Made by a program: the position numbers and the translations under genes
Notes under the pieces: generated by a model
The model's database searches: none
The model's input: the letters and a program-made list of their open reading frames with translations, nothing else
Told to the model about the DNA's origin: nothing
In this document: one piece after another, positions 1-14,317 of the stretch
How the letters are laid out: every line of letters starts with the position of its first letter
Numbering within the stretch: the stretch's first letter is position 1
Assembly (NCBI GenBank): GCA_023231475.1
Contig: JALJEE010002086.1
Span: forward strand, 62,001-115,995
Source of the DNA: Seison nebaliae
Taxonomy: Eukaryota
Length of the DNA: 53,995 nt
Direction: 5' to 3'

Positions 1-47
1 AAAGGAGGTGATTTCCAGAAGATAATTAACCATTTTGTCAAGTGAGA

Positions 48-1165
48 ATGAATCGAATCAAATTAGTTTCTCAGGCGTTTTCAAATGCCAAATTTCATTT
101 GGTAGGTGATCGTCAAGGAATCTTTCTTGCATCAGCAATACTTTTCATACATTTGTTCCATACGATTTCCTTTTACAATGTGGTACTCTTTCCACATTTG
201 CATCGCGGTGATCTCTCAATCACAGTTCTCATCACTTATGGCATTTGTTGTCTATTGACAATCGTGTCATTTGTGAGAGCAATCTTTTCCCATCCAGGAC
301 CGGTGAAATTGACGGAATTGGATGAAGTGGTATGGAAAGTGAATAGTTTATATTTGGAGAATGAGAAACTGGATCAGCAGACAATTCTTCATTATTGGGA
401 ATGTATTCGCTCACTCCTCCAAAACAGTGAACTAAAACAAATGATGTATTTCAAAATTCGAGACGATGTCAATACTGAAAAGAATGAGAAGAAGAATGAT
501 GAAATGATGAGGAAGGAAGAGAATGATTTGAATTTTGAGAAATGTTTGGATTGGTGTGACAAATATGTTGGAAATGATCGTTATTGTCGAGAATGTCGTT
601 TGTTGAAAGGATATCAAATTCATCATTGTCGACGATGTCAACATTGTGTCAGTCGATTAGATCATCATTGTCCTTATATCAATAATTGTGTGGGAGCGAA
701 TAATCATTGGTGTTTCACACTTCTACTCTATTACACATTCGTTCAGACATTATTCGCTTTCATCATTAGTATGCTCCATTTCTGGCATTGGGTCTCCGAT
801 CAAGAAGAGTCACATATCTTCCTCATGCAACATCGAGAATTCATTTACATTCTCGTCCTCGTTAATTTAATTTTACTAGTCATGATTACCAGTCTCTCAT
901 TCGTCCAAACTTGTAACATTTGTAAAGTTTCTTCTTCGTCTTTCTTCTCTTTTTAATCTCTCTTATTTGATGTCAGGGTGTCACTGTACTCCAAGCTATG
1001 TCTCATCGTCAACGGAATTATCAGTCCAATAATCTTTCAATGCTGAAACGATTCCAATTAGTGTTTGGGGAGACTCGTTTCTGCAATTGGTTCAATCCAT
1101 TCCGTTTCCATAAAATGATTATGCCAACGCCAGTTTTTACGTTGCCAGTCCAACAAACAGTTTAA
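48..1165 (+). CDS. ZDHHC21: DHHC palmitoyltransferase, ZDHHC21-like; exons 48-926 and 977-1165
   Basis: Cys-rich domain CRECRLLKGYQIHHCRRCQHCVSRLDHHCPYINNCVGANNHW and 4 hydrophobic segments. FHLVGDRQG, VLFPH and NNHW recall ZDHHC21. Removing the 50-bp intron 927-976 (gtttct...tcag) restores the C-terminus GVTVLQAM...LVFGETRFCNWFNPF...QTV*. First ATG is at 48 (the ORF track starts at an upstream GTG). Confidence 0.88.
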
Positions 1166-2086
1166 CATGGAAAACGCGATGGAATAGACAAAAAGAATGA
1201 AAATAATGTTTTCTTTTCAAATATTTTCTACGATTATTATTCTCACAATCTCTAAATAATCTTCTTACTCATTTGAAAGATAAGAAGTTGTGTGTATTTA
1301 AATTTTATAGAATTCTATCAATATTCCAATTGTTATTATGAAGCATCGTTCCAATTTTCTATTTATACAAATTTTATTAATTTCTCTCTACTTTCCCTTC
1401 TTTACTCGCATATAACGAATATTTCACAGTCTCTTCATTAAATTATCTAAAATTGTCAAAAAATCGTTTTGGGGAATGAAAATCATCATTCTTTTTTAGG
1501 GCAACTAATTCCAGAAATAAGTTTCATTTCATTTTCGAAAAGAAATCGAACAGAAGGAGGAACTATCTGTCAAGTCAAATTTTTCCTTTATATGAACACT
1601 GAGAGAATTAAGTGAGATAAATGAATGGTAATAAGATCAATAGATTTTATGTCGATTAATGGAAAATAATTAGGATGGTTTTTTGAAAGAAAATCAATAA
1701 TATTTTTAAACTGTTGACCATTGTGGAGAGAGATATGTATAAAAAAAATTGAAAAAAAAATAAAAAGATATTTTAAAATACAATCTGATATAAAGTGATA
1801 AAATTTGGGAAATATTTGTGGATGTCGAAATGAACATCTCTTCAATATCCTCATCGACAACTATGGAACGAATTGAGAAGAAATTGACAAATGAAAAATC
1901 CTTTTACGTAATGAAATAATTGGGAAAATGTGAAGGAAAGTTTGTGATAAGATCGAATTTAAATTGAAGACAATTTTCGACGAAGTCAGTTCACATTAGT
2001 CACTCTCATTCACTTTTCGAAAGGTTCAAATGAGAGTTCGATATATGAGATGAATAATAATAATTGTCATTGGGAGAGTGGAATTG

Positions 2087-3058
2087 TTAAGAAATGATAC
2101 AATTGTCATTTTTAGTTTTTCCTTTTAATCTTTGCGATTTGCCGTTTGACGGATTTGACGATCGATTGTCATTTAATTGATGAATATTGGATGATGATAA
2201 ATTACCATTTCCTACCATTCCATGATTAATATGTCGAGGATTTTGTTCACTAATCTTCACAGATTTACATTTATTTCGACTGTTGTTATTGTTGTTGTTG
2301 TTGTGGAAGATGGAAGAGGAATTAGTGGATTGCATTGTGGAGAGATTCTTTGCACTACTCGTTAGATCTTTAGAGAGGACGTCACTCTTTGAATTACGTG
2401 GAAGTGAAGTTGATGAGATATCTTCTCGATAACGACGTTGTGATCTATTGTTGATCGAATAAATATTCTCTAATTCATTTTCTTCATATGAATCATCACC
2501 GATTGTTGTTCCATTGAGATCGTTATTGTCATTATTGGAAAAAGGAGGGAATGGCATATTGAATGCGAATGATTGATTGTCACTTTGACCACGTAATCGA
2601 TTCGCTTTCTTCGATGATACAGAAGCTGATGATGCAGGTATTTGTGGTGGTGGTGGTGGTGGTGGCATCATTGGCATCTGATTATATGGTGGTGGTGGCC
2701 AACCATATCTCATTGACATTGGATGAGGAGCATAAGGATTTGTGGGTGGATATGGAGAATATGGATGAAGATGACTCGGATGCATCATATTTGGCGGTGC
2801 CATACCATAATGTTGATAATAATCATATTGAATATTTGGTGGAATTGATTGTGGCAATTGTTGATGATAATATGGAGGAACGTTACGTGAACTTTGCACC
2901 GATGAAGCATTGAAGAATGTGGGTGATATGGGATCTTGTAAACCACCATTCAACGATCTAGTTCTCGGCATTCGACCATTCGAATTATTATTATTATTAT
3001 TCACTTCATTATTCGTTGGAGTTTTCTGATGATGTTGTGTCGGTGGTTGACCTTGTCG

Positions 3059-3089
<31 letters not shown>

Positions 3090-5125
3090 CCATAGATATT
3101 AGTTGAATAGACATTATCATAAATTTCATTCATATCGAAACGATCAAATTGAGAAGATTTTTTTGTGGAAGATTTCGGCAGAACCTGATTTGGACAATAA
3201 ACAAATGTATCGAATTCAGTATCAGTGAAATGTCCTCGACGATCTGATACTGTCGTCTCGTCCATATTGGGATTATTGTGAGGAGGATATTTCATCGGAT
3301 AGTTCGCTTGTTGACGATGAGAAGTTTGAGGGAAATTTGATTCGAAATTGGTGAACGATCGTCTCGTATTTGTTCTGCCACGTTGTTGAATCGAATTGAA
3401 ACTTTTACTTGAGGAGAATGTGGATTGTTGTGCGGAAGTTGTCGGTTGCGACTTTCTATGTTCACTCAAATTATTATTATTATTATTATTATAATTGTTG
3501 AGATATTGAATGTGATTGGAATCGATTTGATTCTCATCATTCTCCAACAAATTCTCCAATCTCATTCGACGACAACAATTGGCCGAACAATAAATAACGG
3601 AATATTTGGGAAGGAATGCCTTCCCTCTCAATGGTAATGCACAATAATAACATTTAAAACATTCATCATCTTCATGCCAACATTGTTGTCCATAAGTAAT
3701 ACGTGGCTCATCATCTTCAATATCATTCCCACAACTATTACATTTGAGATTTGGTGTAACGACTAACGAATTATTTCCTTGTAACATATTACTATTATTA
3801 CTCACTGAACTCGTATTTACATTATTATCTTGTTGTTGTTGTTGTTGTTGTTGTTGTTGGATACAACAAGCACGACATGATGGACGATCATCTCTCATGA
3901 CATACATCTCTCCGCCTAACGGTCGTTGACAATCGGAACAACAAAAATGTTCGGTATGAAAACTTTTCCCACCAGCTTCTGTACATGATCGAGTGAAAAT
4001 AATTTCATCACATGATCCACATCTTGGTCTCATCACTTCAGCATGATGACGTCCACAATATAGTTGGGAATCATTTCTAAAATAAATGAGATCCACTAAC
4101 AATTCTCGACAAACGATACAAACGAAACAAGACGGATGCCAATAAGCTGCGATCAATGTCGGTTGACTTAATCGATTCGACATATTCAACGATCGATTTG
4201 ATGACGCTGTCTCACATTCACCAGACGACTCATTATCACCAGTTGATGATTTATCATCTTTCTGAATGAATGCTAATACAGCAATGTTATTGGAAGCGAT
4301 TCGATTCGAACATTCATGACAATGATAAATTCTTGAAGAATTATTTGGAATCGACGTCACTTGTCCTCTCCCGATCGCATTCAATTTCCTTTCTTCGTTA
4401 AATTTCTCCATCTCTAGTTGTTCATCTTCTTTCAATTCATTACAATATTTTGGATCTGTATCATGAGGTGGTAATTGATGTAACATCTGTTCAATTCGAT
4501 ATCGTTCACCCGGACCATTCACTAATGGTACACGATGTTCGGGTAAACATGCAAAATAATCATGAACCATTGATGCTTTGATACCTTGTGGTATCCATGA
4601 ATATTCATCTAATGCACATCCAGAATCTTCATCTGATACTGCTGCTGATGAAATGAGATTTGGTGAATTACTAAAATTCATCTGTTCAAATGCATCGTTA
4701 TCACTTCGCATACTATTATTATTATTATTATTATTGTTGTTGTTGTTGTTGTGTGAGGAAACTAACATGGCACTATGTCGGTCAATAAAATTTTTGTTGC
4801 TATTTGTCATGATGGCGGTGGTGGTGATGGTGGTGTTTGTGGTAATTGTCGATGAGTGAATAGTTGAAAGTAGGAATTTATTATTTAAATTCGTCTTGGG
4901 CAAATCCAATTTATTGTTATTCTTTGGTTGTTTATTATTTGTCACCGTCGAAGTAGTTGAAGAGGTGGTCAAGGTTGGTGTCGACGTGGAAATACTCGAA
5001 ATTGGATTGATAGTCCCAATATTAATTGATTCATTCTCCAAATTACGATCAGTTAGATACTGAGTCCGACTATTATGCTGTTTCGCCTCTTTCAAAATGT
5101 TATTCTCCTTAATAATTGATTTCAT
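2087..5125 (-). CDS. pk: Prickle planar-cell-polarity protein (PET domain, 3 LIM domains, CAAX box), one large exon
   Basis: PET motif SDEDSGCALDEYSWIPQG...QLPPHD, three LIM zinc-finger domains (WHPSCFVC...YCGRHHAE; RPRCGSCDEII...FHTEHFCCSDC; CNSCG...WHEDDECFKC) and the C-terminal prenylation motif CIIS. Poly-N and poly-Q tracts are present. An in-frame acceptor AG at 5138-5139 suggests an upstream exon. Confidence 0.95.
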
Positions 5126-6549
5126 CTTCTCGTATTCCTATTGGGAAATGATGAGTGCATGGGCTATGAGGAACGTGTGAAGATAATTATTCGTTCTTCG
5201 TTTGACCTCTCCTCTCCCCTACCCGTATCTATTCCCGATGTGTCTCGTCGTCCCCTTTTTAATTTGGAAGTATTAATAAGAATTCGTTAATTTCATCGAG
5301 TATCACGATTATTAATTGCTATTCATTGCTAAAGGCAATTCAATAAAACGAAAGGAAATCAACGGACATCAAAGTCAAAGAACTTGAAAAAATATAAATA
5401 ATAGAATTCTAGATAAAAGAAAAAATGATGGAAATGTCAATAAATTCAATATTCTTTCTCGTCTTTCTCTCTCTCCCTATTCTCTTCTCAGGATCGAAGA
5501 GAAGAATAATTTAAACACATCTTGCATCTTTAAAGAGGATTATTGAAATTCTTTCTCGTATTCTCTCATTATCCAAAACGACTAAATTCCATCTCGTCTT
5601 CAATTCGATGCCTTCAATCAATGTAATTGGTGAGAGAAGGAGACATTAAAACATTTCGAAGGGGAACTAGCGAAAGAATCAATTAGATCGCACAATATTT
5701 ATTGGTGATTTCCCCGCTTCAAAACTCTACCAACTATTTATCTGATGTTCCAATCGATTTCCTCTCTAAGATTAGAGTGTTCGATTACTCGTATATGTAT
5801 CTGCCTACATATCTCCCAAGAAAGAATGACCAGTGTGTTTTAATGAAACTTATGAAAAGGAATTTAATTAAATCACTCCTCTTCATATTCACATCGGAAT
5901 TATATTATCCTCATTCCATTTCTCCAAATTTATTACAAAAGTTAATTCCATCGATTGATGATATGATGAATATGAGATATCATGAATATGTCATGAAGAT
6001 GAAGAAAAGTTGTCTTGTCTTAATAAGAAGAATTGACATTAAATGTCTCGATCGATTTTCCAATTAGAAATTTCAATAATAGCCTTCGTCGTCCACTAGT
6101 TGAAAATATAATCGACTTCGGCATTATTCGCTCAATAGTAATTTCCCAGACAACAATTGCCATGTATTGGCCTTCTCTCCCTTGTTTACAAAGAATGCAC
6201 ATGCTTTCCTCATATATAACACTTCCATCTCGTTCGCCATCGGCAGCAAAGGGAGAGAATATAATAACTATTCCTTTCTATTTAACTTACATAACATTGG
6301 ATAACTATCAAATAGATAAATATTTAGGATATTTAGACATACAAATACATAATATTATTAATGCTTCCAATGATGATGATGATGATGGTGATGATGATTT
6401 GAATGGTGTGAGAGAATGATGTGTAAATATTTAGATCCGTTTATATAGATACATATCGATTTAAGTGAATGAAGATGATGAAATTATTAATATTATTATA
6501 CAATGTGAATTCATAAGACATTTAATCAGTTAGGTAGAGAAGTCAAACA

Positions 6550-6656
6550 TAGATAGATAGATAGATAGATAGATGGACGTCGAGATGTAGTGTTGGTAGA
6601 TCGAATATTGTACGAATATAACAATTCAATTTGGTGATCGAAGGTTAGATGAAGGC

Positions 6657-6687
<31 letters not shown>
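6550..6687. repeat. Microsatellites (GATA)n ~6550-6573 and (TAG)n ~6657-6687
   Basis: Simple tandem repeats visible directly in the sequence. Confidence 0.9.
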
Positions 6688-9600
6688 ATATAAGGAATGG
6701 TCAAAAACCATTTAGATTATAATAGTGCCGATTGGAGAGAAGAGAGGGGGAAATATTCTCATCTTATCCCATCCTTCTCTTAAATTAATTATCGTTTAAA
6801 ATAAAGAACATCGTCGTCAATTCAGGAAACAATTTTTAGCGCAATTATCAATATAAACATTAGATGCATATCATTATCTTTCTAAAGATATAACCGTCGT
6901 ATAACCGTCCTATGTCCGACAATTTCATTGATGACACCAACAAACATCATCGACAAACAAAAAAGAATGATTAATAGCGAGAGACATTCTTTCATCTACT
7001 TCCAGTTAACTCACTTGCTTATTCTCATCTTCATCTACTTCTCCTTCGCACACAACAGAGCGTTATGTAACAGAACTAATTGATTATCTAATGAGACAGG
7101 AATTCTTATGAATTTCATATTCTACTTCAGTAATCCATCAGATCCATTCGCTGCACATAGAGACAGAGAAAGGTGACCCAATCACCCAGTCTACCAGCAA
7201 ACTCATGAAATAAATCAGTATATTTACTAATTCTATTAAGGATAAGAATTCATATAAAATTATCACAAGATTTAATTGAATAATCCAACGAACACATAAA
7301 AGGAAAAGTAGAGGAATTGACTAAAAGAAAAGAATGAGTAGAATATCGAATCAAATCTTTTAACATGACTCCATTTAAAAACATATCATATCGCATTCTT
7401 TTTAATAAATCGGATCAGCGAACCTTATTAATAATTTATATTCGCTTCATTACCACATTCACTCTCTCTTTCACACTCTCTCACAAGAAGATTACCAAGA
7501 AAATTAATCGTTCAATTTCAATCTCTTCATCAGTTCTACACGACTATTGACATAACAACAATCTTCTCCTGATCTTCTTCCATCAACTAATCTTCTGCCG
7601 ATTTCCACACATATGGCTTTCTCTTACATTCCCCCTCCTTACACAACCATAGAATGTCTCGAAAACTAACCGAAGAGAAAAGATGAACTAAATCGCACAA
7701 TAAGAGATTCAACTCTCTGGGAATGGTAAGAATCCTTCCAAGTTGGGAACAATGCATCTGTTTACTTCTTTCCCCCCATCATCACATTCCCTACACATAT
7801 CAGCTCTTTCGACCAGTTGGACAATCTAATTTCTTATTTCAATCTCAACCACACACATATGGAATAGGTTGAACGAAAATTAACTGTAAAAAACGGTTTT
7901 TCCAAATGAATTTACACAATCGACTCTATACATCAAGATAAGAAAACTATCTCAAGTTGTCCTATCTTAATAATTTATTTCAAATGGAAATTGATATGTT
8001 GTATCTATGTGAAAAATGGTTATTGCTTCGTCGTCCACCAACAACTTGCACCAACTAATTTCTCCATAGATATATACCCCGATAATGAGAAAGCGATTGA
8101 ACGAAAACAATTCAGTGAAACTATAAGAACAAATTCCGAACCAAGTACGAAAGAAAAACGACAAAATTTTTTTCGAAACTCGAAACGAATTTGTGAAAAA
8201 GTTCACAAAATTTCAACTTTTCAATATCCTCGAGAAATTTCTTTTATTTCACATCCATCGTTTACAAATTCTTTGCTATTTTAAATATGGTTCTTCATTG
8301 CTACGTTACTACGGTACAGAAGAGAATGGAACGAAAATTCTTTTCATTCAACAGAACGATTAACGAAGGAAACTCAAATTCGATATATCAAAAATTATAA
8401 TGTATCATGAAACATTATGAATGATAAAAAGATATTATTATCTCAACAATAATTTGCTCATACCAGACAAAAGGAATTTCAAGAAGAATTGGAATATTAT
8501 TTGAAAAATGATATTAGATAAAACGAAATGATTGATCTTCAATCTTTGTGTATCATTTTTCATTTTCCCAACATACTCTAGATTATTTATGGTAATGACA
8601 TAATTAGACGATTCTTCCCCCTCCTCCCAAATAAACGAAAGATATCATTAGAGTAAGATTGAATTAGACTTTCTTTATTGAAAGAAATATATCGTGAAGA
8701 TCTCACATAATAACTCAAATCAGTCGGTTACTTAATGATAATATTATTGAGAACTTCATGTTTATGGAAGATCATTTTCTTAAATGGAGAGACTTCAAAA
8801 AAAATTTTCAATAATAAGAAATGAAAATTCTTCATCTTCACAATTAATAACGGAGAGTCGAAGCAATCAACGCTTGTCGATGGAACAGTTGATGAGTGAA
8901 CTGAATTCCCCCATAAGTCTCAAGTCAATAGAAGGATGAGGAAGATATCATCAAAATAATAATCGTCAGAATTAGAAACAAATCGTTAACAAACTACAAC
9001 AACTTAACTTATTAAATGAAAACAACTTAAAAAAAACGTATTTGAATATTCAGTAAAAGAGAATTCCTTATTGCCATCTATCCCCAATATCCTCTCAATA
9101 CAATTTTTATTAGTTCATTCTTTCTTATGCTAGAATTGATTCGTCTGCAATGAGATTCCGTCGTCAATTGGAAATCACCTCATCGCCGTTGAAAATCATC
9201 CTCATCAAATATTTGAAATGTAAAAAAAATATGTTGGAAAAATGAAATCGTTTCTCTTACATGTAAAGAAAAGTTTATATTGACGAAATGGAATGATTAA
9301 TGTTATCGATTAACTTCAAATTTTGCTTCAAACGACGTTCCCCAGCACAACATAAAGAAAAATAAGAATAATATGTTTTTTTCTTTAATTCTTTAAAAAA
9401 AACACTTATCAGTCTTGATGGTAATAATAATAATATTTTTCATAGATAGAACTTTTAAATCAAAAATTGTTACATTGGTCATATGCTACCAAGAAAGTCG
9501 TAATATTAGGAGAAAATGTAGTTGCAGTATTGATGAAGTAAAAATGATTTTTTCACACAACATAATCAAATAAAATTCAAATATTTCATTCCATTTCCCC

Positions 9601-12600
9601 TCTTGTGTCAGGGTTAAAGGGACGGTAGGTGAATTGCATATTTTCATGGATAACATAGAAGTAAATTATCGAATGGAAACGAAAAGTTTTATATAAATCA
9701 GAAATCATATCAACTTAACGACCTCAAACGATGGAAAGAAGAAGAAGAAAAGAAGAGTCTGATATAGTATTTTCTAAGGTGAAAAAGAAAAGGATGAAGG
9801 AAAAACCAATATTCTTAATGGATTAAACAGAATAATCGTAAAATTATTATAATGCTAAATTCTTACAAAGAGTACACATAAACTGTCTTTTTTCGTTTTT
9901 AGGAAAAAATGAAAAAAAAATAGCTAATAATAATAATATCGATTTTCTTTTTCCTCGTTCTTTACTCACGACAAGAAAAAACAACAACAAGATAAGTGTG
10001 TAGTGGTGGAAATAATAACAAGAATTCAGTGAAAAGAAGTGGAATGAAATTTAACGGAAAGGTAAATTGAAATGAAGATTGAATCGATTGAATGGAAGCA
10101 AATATAGGTAAAAAAGAAAGAACTATTCAAATAGAAGTTCAATCTTCCGACAAAGAAAAGGTCGAGAATAAGCAAAAAAGGTAAACTTCGTAAATGGGAC
10201 GAGAATTCATGCTTCAAATTCTTTCACCCTCCACCTGGAAATTCATTTGGGAGCATGCTGCCGAAATCTTTCCTTTACTTTCAGATGTAAGAATAAATAA
10301 TAATTTCCTATTGCATAACAACTGATGGTGTTAAAGAGAAGTAGTATGAGGAAGATTTGCTATTGAAAAGAACTTCGTTCTCTACCACACGACGAGATTA
10401 GGTGGAATAATGACAAATAATGAAATGAATTATATTTCCATTATATAATTAACGATGGTCTTCTCTTATTCTTCTCGAATAAATCGTATCATATTCGAAA
10501 GATATCGAGAAATTTTCTTTTTAAATTCACCCACAAACAATAAGAACAACAAGGGAATATAAGAAAAATATTAATAATTGATGAGAATCGAGAAGAAATT
10601 TCACTTTATAATAATGGCGCTAGTAGTCGTATTTGGAAGTAAGTAGCAGTAACCAAAAACATTGTTTCCGCTTCATAGTCACGTTGTCATGGTGATGTGG
10701 ACAAGATTTCGATTGAACAATCTACCATAACTGCTAATCACACAAAAATCTAAAGTTTCACACAAATTCTTCATTCGATCTGTCTTTTCCTCGTCTTCTC
10801 ATTTTCCACCGGAGAATGCGTTCCAAATGAGAGACAAAACATATCAATTAGGAGAGATCGAATATTTACAATTACATCCACCAAAACCATTACATTTGTT
10901 CACTTCAATCATATTCATCTCATATAATTGGAATGGTGATGAGCGGAAATAATTTCGACATTTCCCTCATGTCATTTCTCAGAACGTACTACATTATTAC
11001 GTACTCTCATGAGCAGTAGTCATAGTATTTGTAAAACTGTATGATTATTGTTCAGTGGATGAAAAGAAATGTTAAGAGAACGTCTGACTGGAACTAGATC
11101 GATGTTCATTTGACTGGAAAAACGACTTCTTCTCCTCCACAACCAAACATTTGGAATCGATTGGAGAAGGCAAATCTCTTCAAATAATGGTGAAACAATT
11201 CACTCGTCGATCTTAAATGAACATCCACATCTTAATCTTAATAATGAAAATGAAAGTATCGATTGCGATTGTCTTTCCCATTGATGATGAAGAAAATGAC
11301 AAAATGTGACTTGAGATTTTCACATCAAAGTGCTAAACAGAAAAAGAAGGAAAGTTGAAGTTTCATCGATAGGAAGACGTAAAGAAAGTGGACGGCGTAT
11401 CTCAAGTGCATAAAAGGGAAAATGGCGGAATTGTAATGATGAAATTGTCATACAACGGAACACTAGTTTCGGGCTCTTCTTCTTTCCACCAAATCTTTAA
11501 GTACACACCAAATTGGTACATACAAAAATGAATAAAATTCTAATGAAGAACTAGAGGAAGTTTGATTGAGAGAGATATTCTTTCCAAAGTCAACGACAAG
11601 TAAACTGAGCACAGCGTTTCACATAAGTAGGAATGGAGAAAGAGAAAAAATTGAGATAAATCTTTCCATTCGACTGAAAAGAGAGAAATCATTTGCTTCA
11701 TGAAATCTTTTTAAATTTTGTCAGTTGACTTGTGCAAACAACAAACAACGAAAGCACTTCCCAAAATCCAGACAAAGATTACACATTCGTTTAAGAATAA
11801 TAATATTATTTACAATCTCCCCAACACTGCTCCCTAAATGAAACGATGTTAAACTGGAAAATGGTAAAAGCAAACCAAGATGTCTGACTTAAAATTGTTT
11901 GTTGGGAGTTGAGTGAATTGGAAATGGAATTTCAATTCCTTCTCTTCTCTTCTTTCATTAAATGTTCGTGGAAACAAATGAAATTATCTTGTAACTGACT
12001 GTTCATGTTAGTCTGCGCTGATATGGTATAATGATAACAATTATGATTTTTTATAGATGACAATAAATAGAATATACATGAATAAAATTGAGAATTCCAC
12101 ATGAGAATTGATGTTGATTGAGAATTTAATTGGAAAATAAAATCGTTATTCTTAATAATTCAGTTGAGTTATGTGACTAATCTATCTTTCTCTTCTATCA
12201 TCTTCTTTGTCTTGTGGAACATAGAACGAAAAGTAGAGAATGCATCCACAAGGATATTACCCTGATAGACAAATGAAAATTATATACCAAATAATTGTCA
12301 GTTAGACATAAAATCTATTACGAATAGAAAAGGAAAAACATACGATTCCTTTTAGTTGCTATATAATTTGTCAATTCGATTAATCGTTCTCTCGATCATT
12401 CATCTGAATTTCTTCTTTATCAAACACTATTAATGGAAATCACATTTGGAAATTTTCTTCGAAATTAAAAAGTTTTAAGGAAAAGGAAAATCATTTTTTC
12501 CCTTCTGTTTTAAATTTTGTTCGGAAGTGTTAGACATGGTGAAATGGAGAAACTTTCGCAATCTGATACGAATACGAGAACTTCATGGGAGATATGGAAT

Positions 12601-12861
12601 GAAGAAATTCGATAAATTTTTGATGAATTTAGCTGAAAATTATCGTTGAATGGAAGGAATGAAAGAAGATGGAGAGACTTTACACAAAACAAAGTGATAA
12701 TTCATAAATTATAGTTACATTCTTTTCCTTTTCCTTCACTATCATCAACTTCTATCCTTCCATCAGCAATCATAATGGAAAGTAGTTGGTGGTGGTGATA
12801 GTGATGGTGATGGAATGCAGCATGAATGAAAAGAAAATTGTCGTAATAATTGTTAATTAAC

Positions 12862-12968
12862 CAATTTTCTTATACTGTCGAGTGTATTGACGTGTGAGCA
12901 TTGGAAGCACATGCTACGCCATTATTCACCCAATCTCTTCCATGCAGACACGATACGTGACCTGGTGC
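12862..12968 (-). pseudogene. Decayed caspase small-subunit (p10) exon fragment
   Basis: The minus strand reads APGHVS(C)/MEEIG* and then, after a frameshift, SMCFQCSHVNTLDSIRKL|gttaat. This matches IPGHVSYRMEDTG...TIFFQYAHANTLDSLTKL|gttagt in the caspase at 22778-22895. The nucleotide block ctgtcgagtgtatt is shared. Confidence 0.75.
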
Positions 12969-13313
12969 TTGCTTACTTGGAGAAAATTGTTTCTGATGAT
13001 ATTTGCCGTTTCAGCAATTTTAAATCATATTGTATTTATATTTCCAGTTATAAAATGATTTGAATAAAAATTAATTTTTATGTTCACTTCTTTTAATTTT
13101 AAATTTTAAATCAATATCTGAAATTTAGCATGTAACTTACTTCATCATGTTAGCAGCACAAAAGAGTCAAATTGTATTAAATACCATATTGATGATGATG
13201 ACGACATTGTTCTACAAAGAAACAAATAAGCGGTTATATAATACAACTCCGAAAATGAAAAACAGGGTGAATTCCTCCATAAGGTGAATATTGCTCCGGG
13301 ATTCATTTTATAA

Positions 13314-13469
13314 GGGAAAGACAATTCGGAGACGCGACAATTCGGAAACCATAGAGTATATACTATATAGTCTATACATTGTATAGAATGCAACATCTAC
13401 AGTGTAGATAAAGTGTTTTAGATGTTAGGTTGTAGGTATTAGAGAGTCTCCTAATTGTCTGTCGTTCTC
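13314..13469. mobile_element. 156-bp Mutator-like MITE
   Basis: Imperfect TIRs (gggaaagacaattcggagac... / ...gtctcctaattgtctgtcgttctc) flanked by a 9-bp near-duplication, attttataa (13305-13313) and attttatat (13470-13478). Confidence 0.6.
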
Positions 13470-14317
13470 ATTTTATATATGGTTAGTATGTAATCTCCAT
13501 CTCTATATAAATTAACGTTAAAAACTTGTTAATAAGAAGTTCCATTGAAATTATTGAAAAGAACAAATTATATTGACCAAAAATTCACCAGTTCATAGAT
13601 AAGGTAGCACAATTTTAGTGGAAATTATTTTAAAATTTTTGGGAAATTTCTATTGTTTTTCTAGACGATTTCTAGAATTTACACTTAATAATTTAAAGGT
13701 ATTTAAACATGAATGTTCATTAATGGTCATTAGGAACTGTGCGTGTAAATTAGAATGGATAGGACAAGATATGATCACGAAATTATGAAACTGTTTTAAA
13801 TTGAGCTTAATTGTAATTGGATCCAATTTGAGTTAAACAATATTCTTATATCGGTACCATATATGATTATCGTTCTCTTTCTCATTATCTGAATCGTTCT
13901 CGATCAAAGGTTGGTTTTCGGACTTTTTTCTCCCGCCTAAGAACTTAGAAGGGAAGTAGTATCCGATATGCAGGAAAGGAAAATTAAATTAAAAATAAAT
14001 AATAGATGTAAAAAAGATTGTTAGAACATTCTTCCCATTTTTTCTTCTTATTTCTCATCAATTTTTCATACAAATTAATTGATATTTCCAACTAACAAGA
14101 TAAGTCATAAGATACAAGGGTAATAAATTTATTGAGCAAAATATTACATAAAAGATATGTGTTGGAAAGATAATTGGGAAGCAAATCAACACAAAATATT
14201 TTTAAAAAAAATGAATTGTTTCTTTCAGTTCAATTCAATGCTTTTCAATATGACGGAAAACTCTAAAAATAGTTGAGGAGGATAATAATGATCTTCTTAA
14301 AAGAATGAAGTTTCCGT

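Noticed and set aside
2563..4859. Plus-strand ORFs with poly-V, poly-C, poly-L and poly-I runs
   Set aside because: They are antisense shadows of the poly-P, poly-Q and poly-N codon repeats of Prickle.
7703..7722. gagattcaactc, resembling the start of miR-1175
   Set aside because: Only 12 nt match, the 3' half diverges and no complementary arm was found.
5702..12692. Scattered 60-128 aa ORFs between Prickle and Tpr
   Set aside because: Their composition is typical of random AT-rich frames and they contain no motifs.
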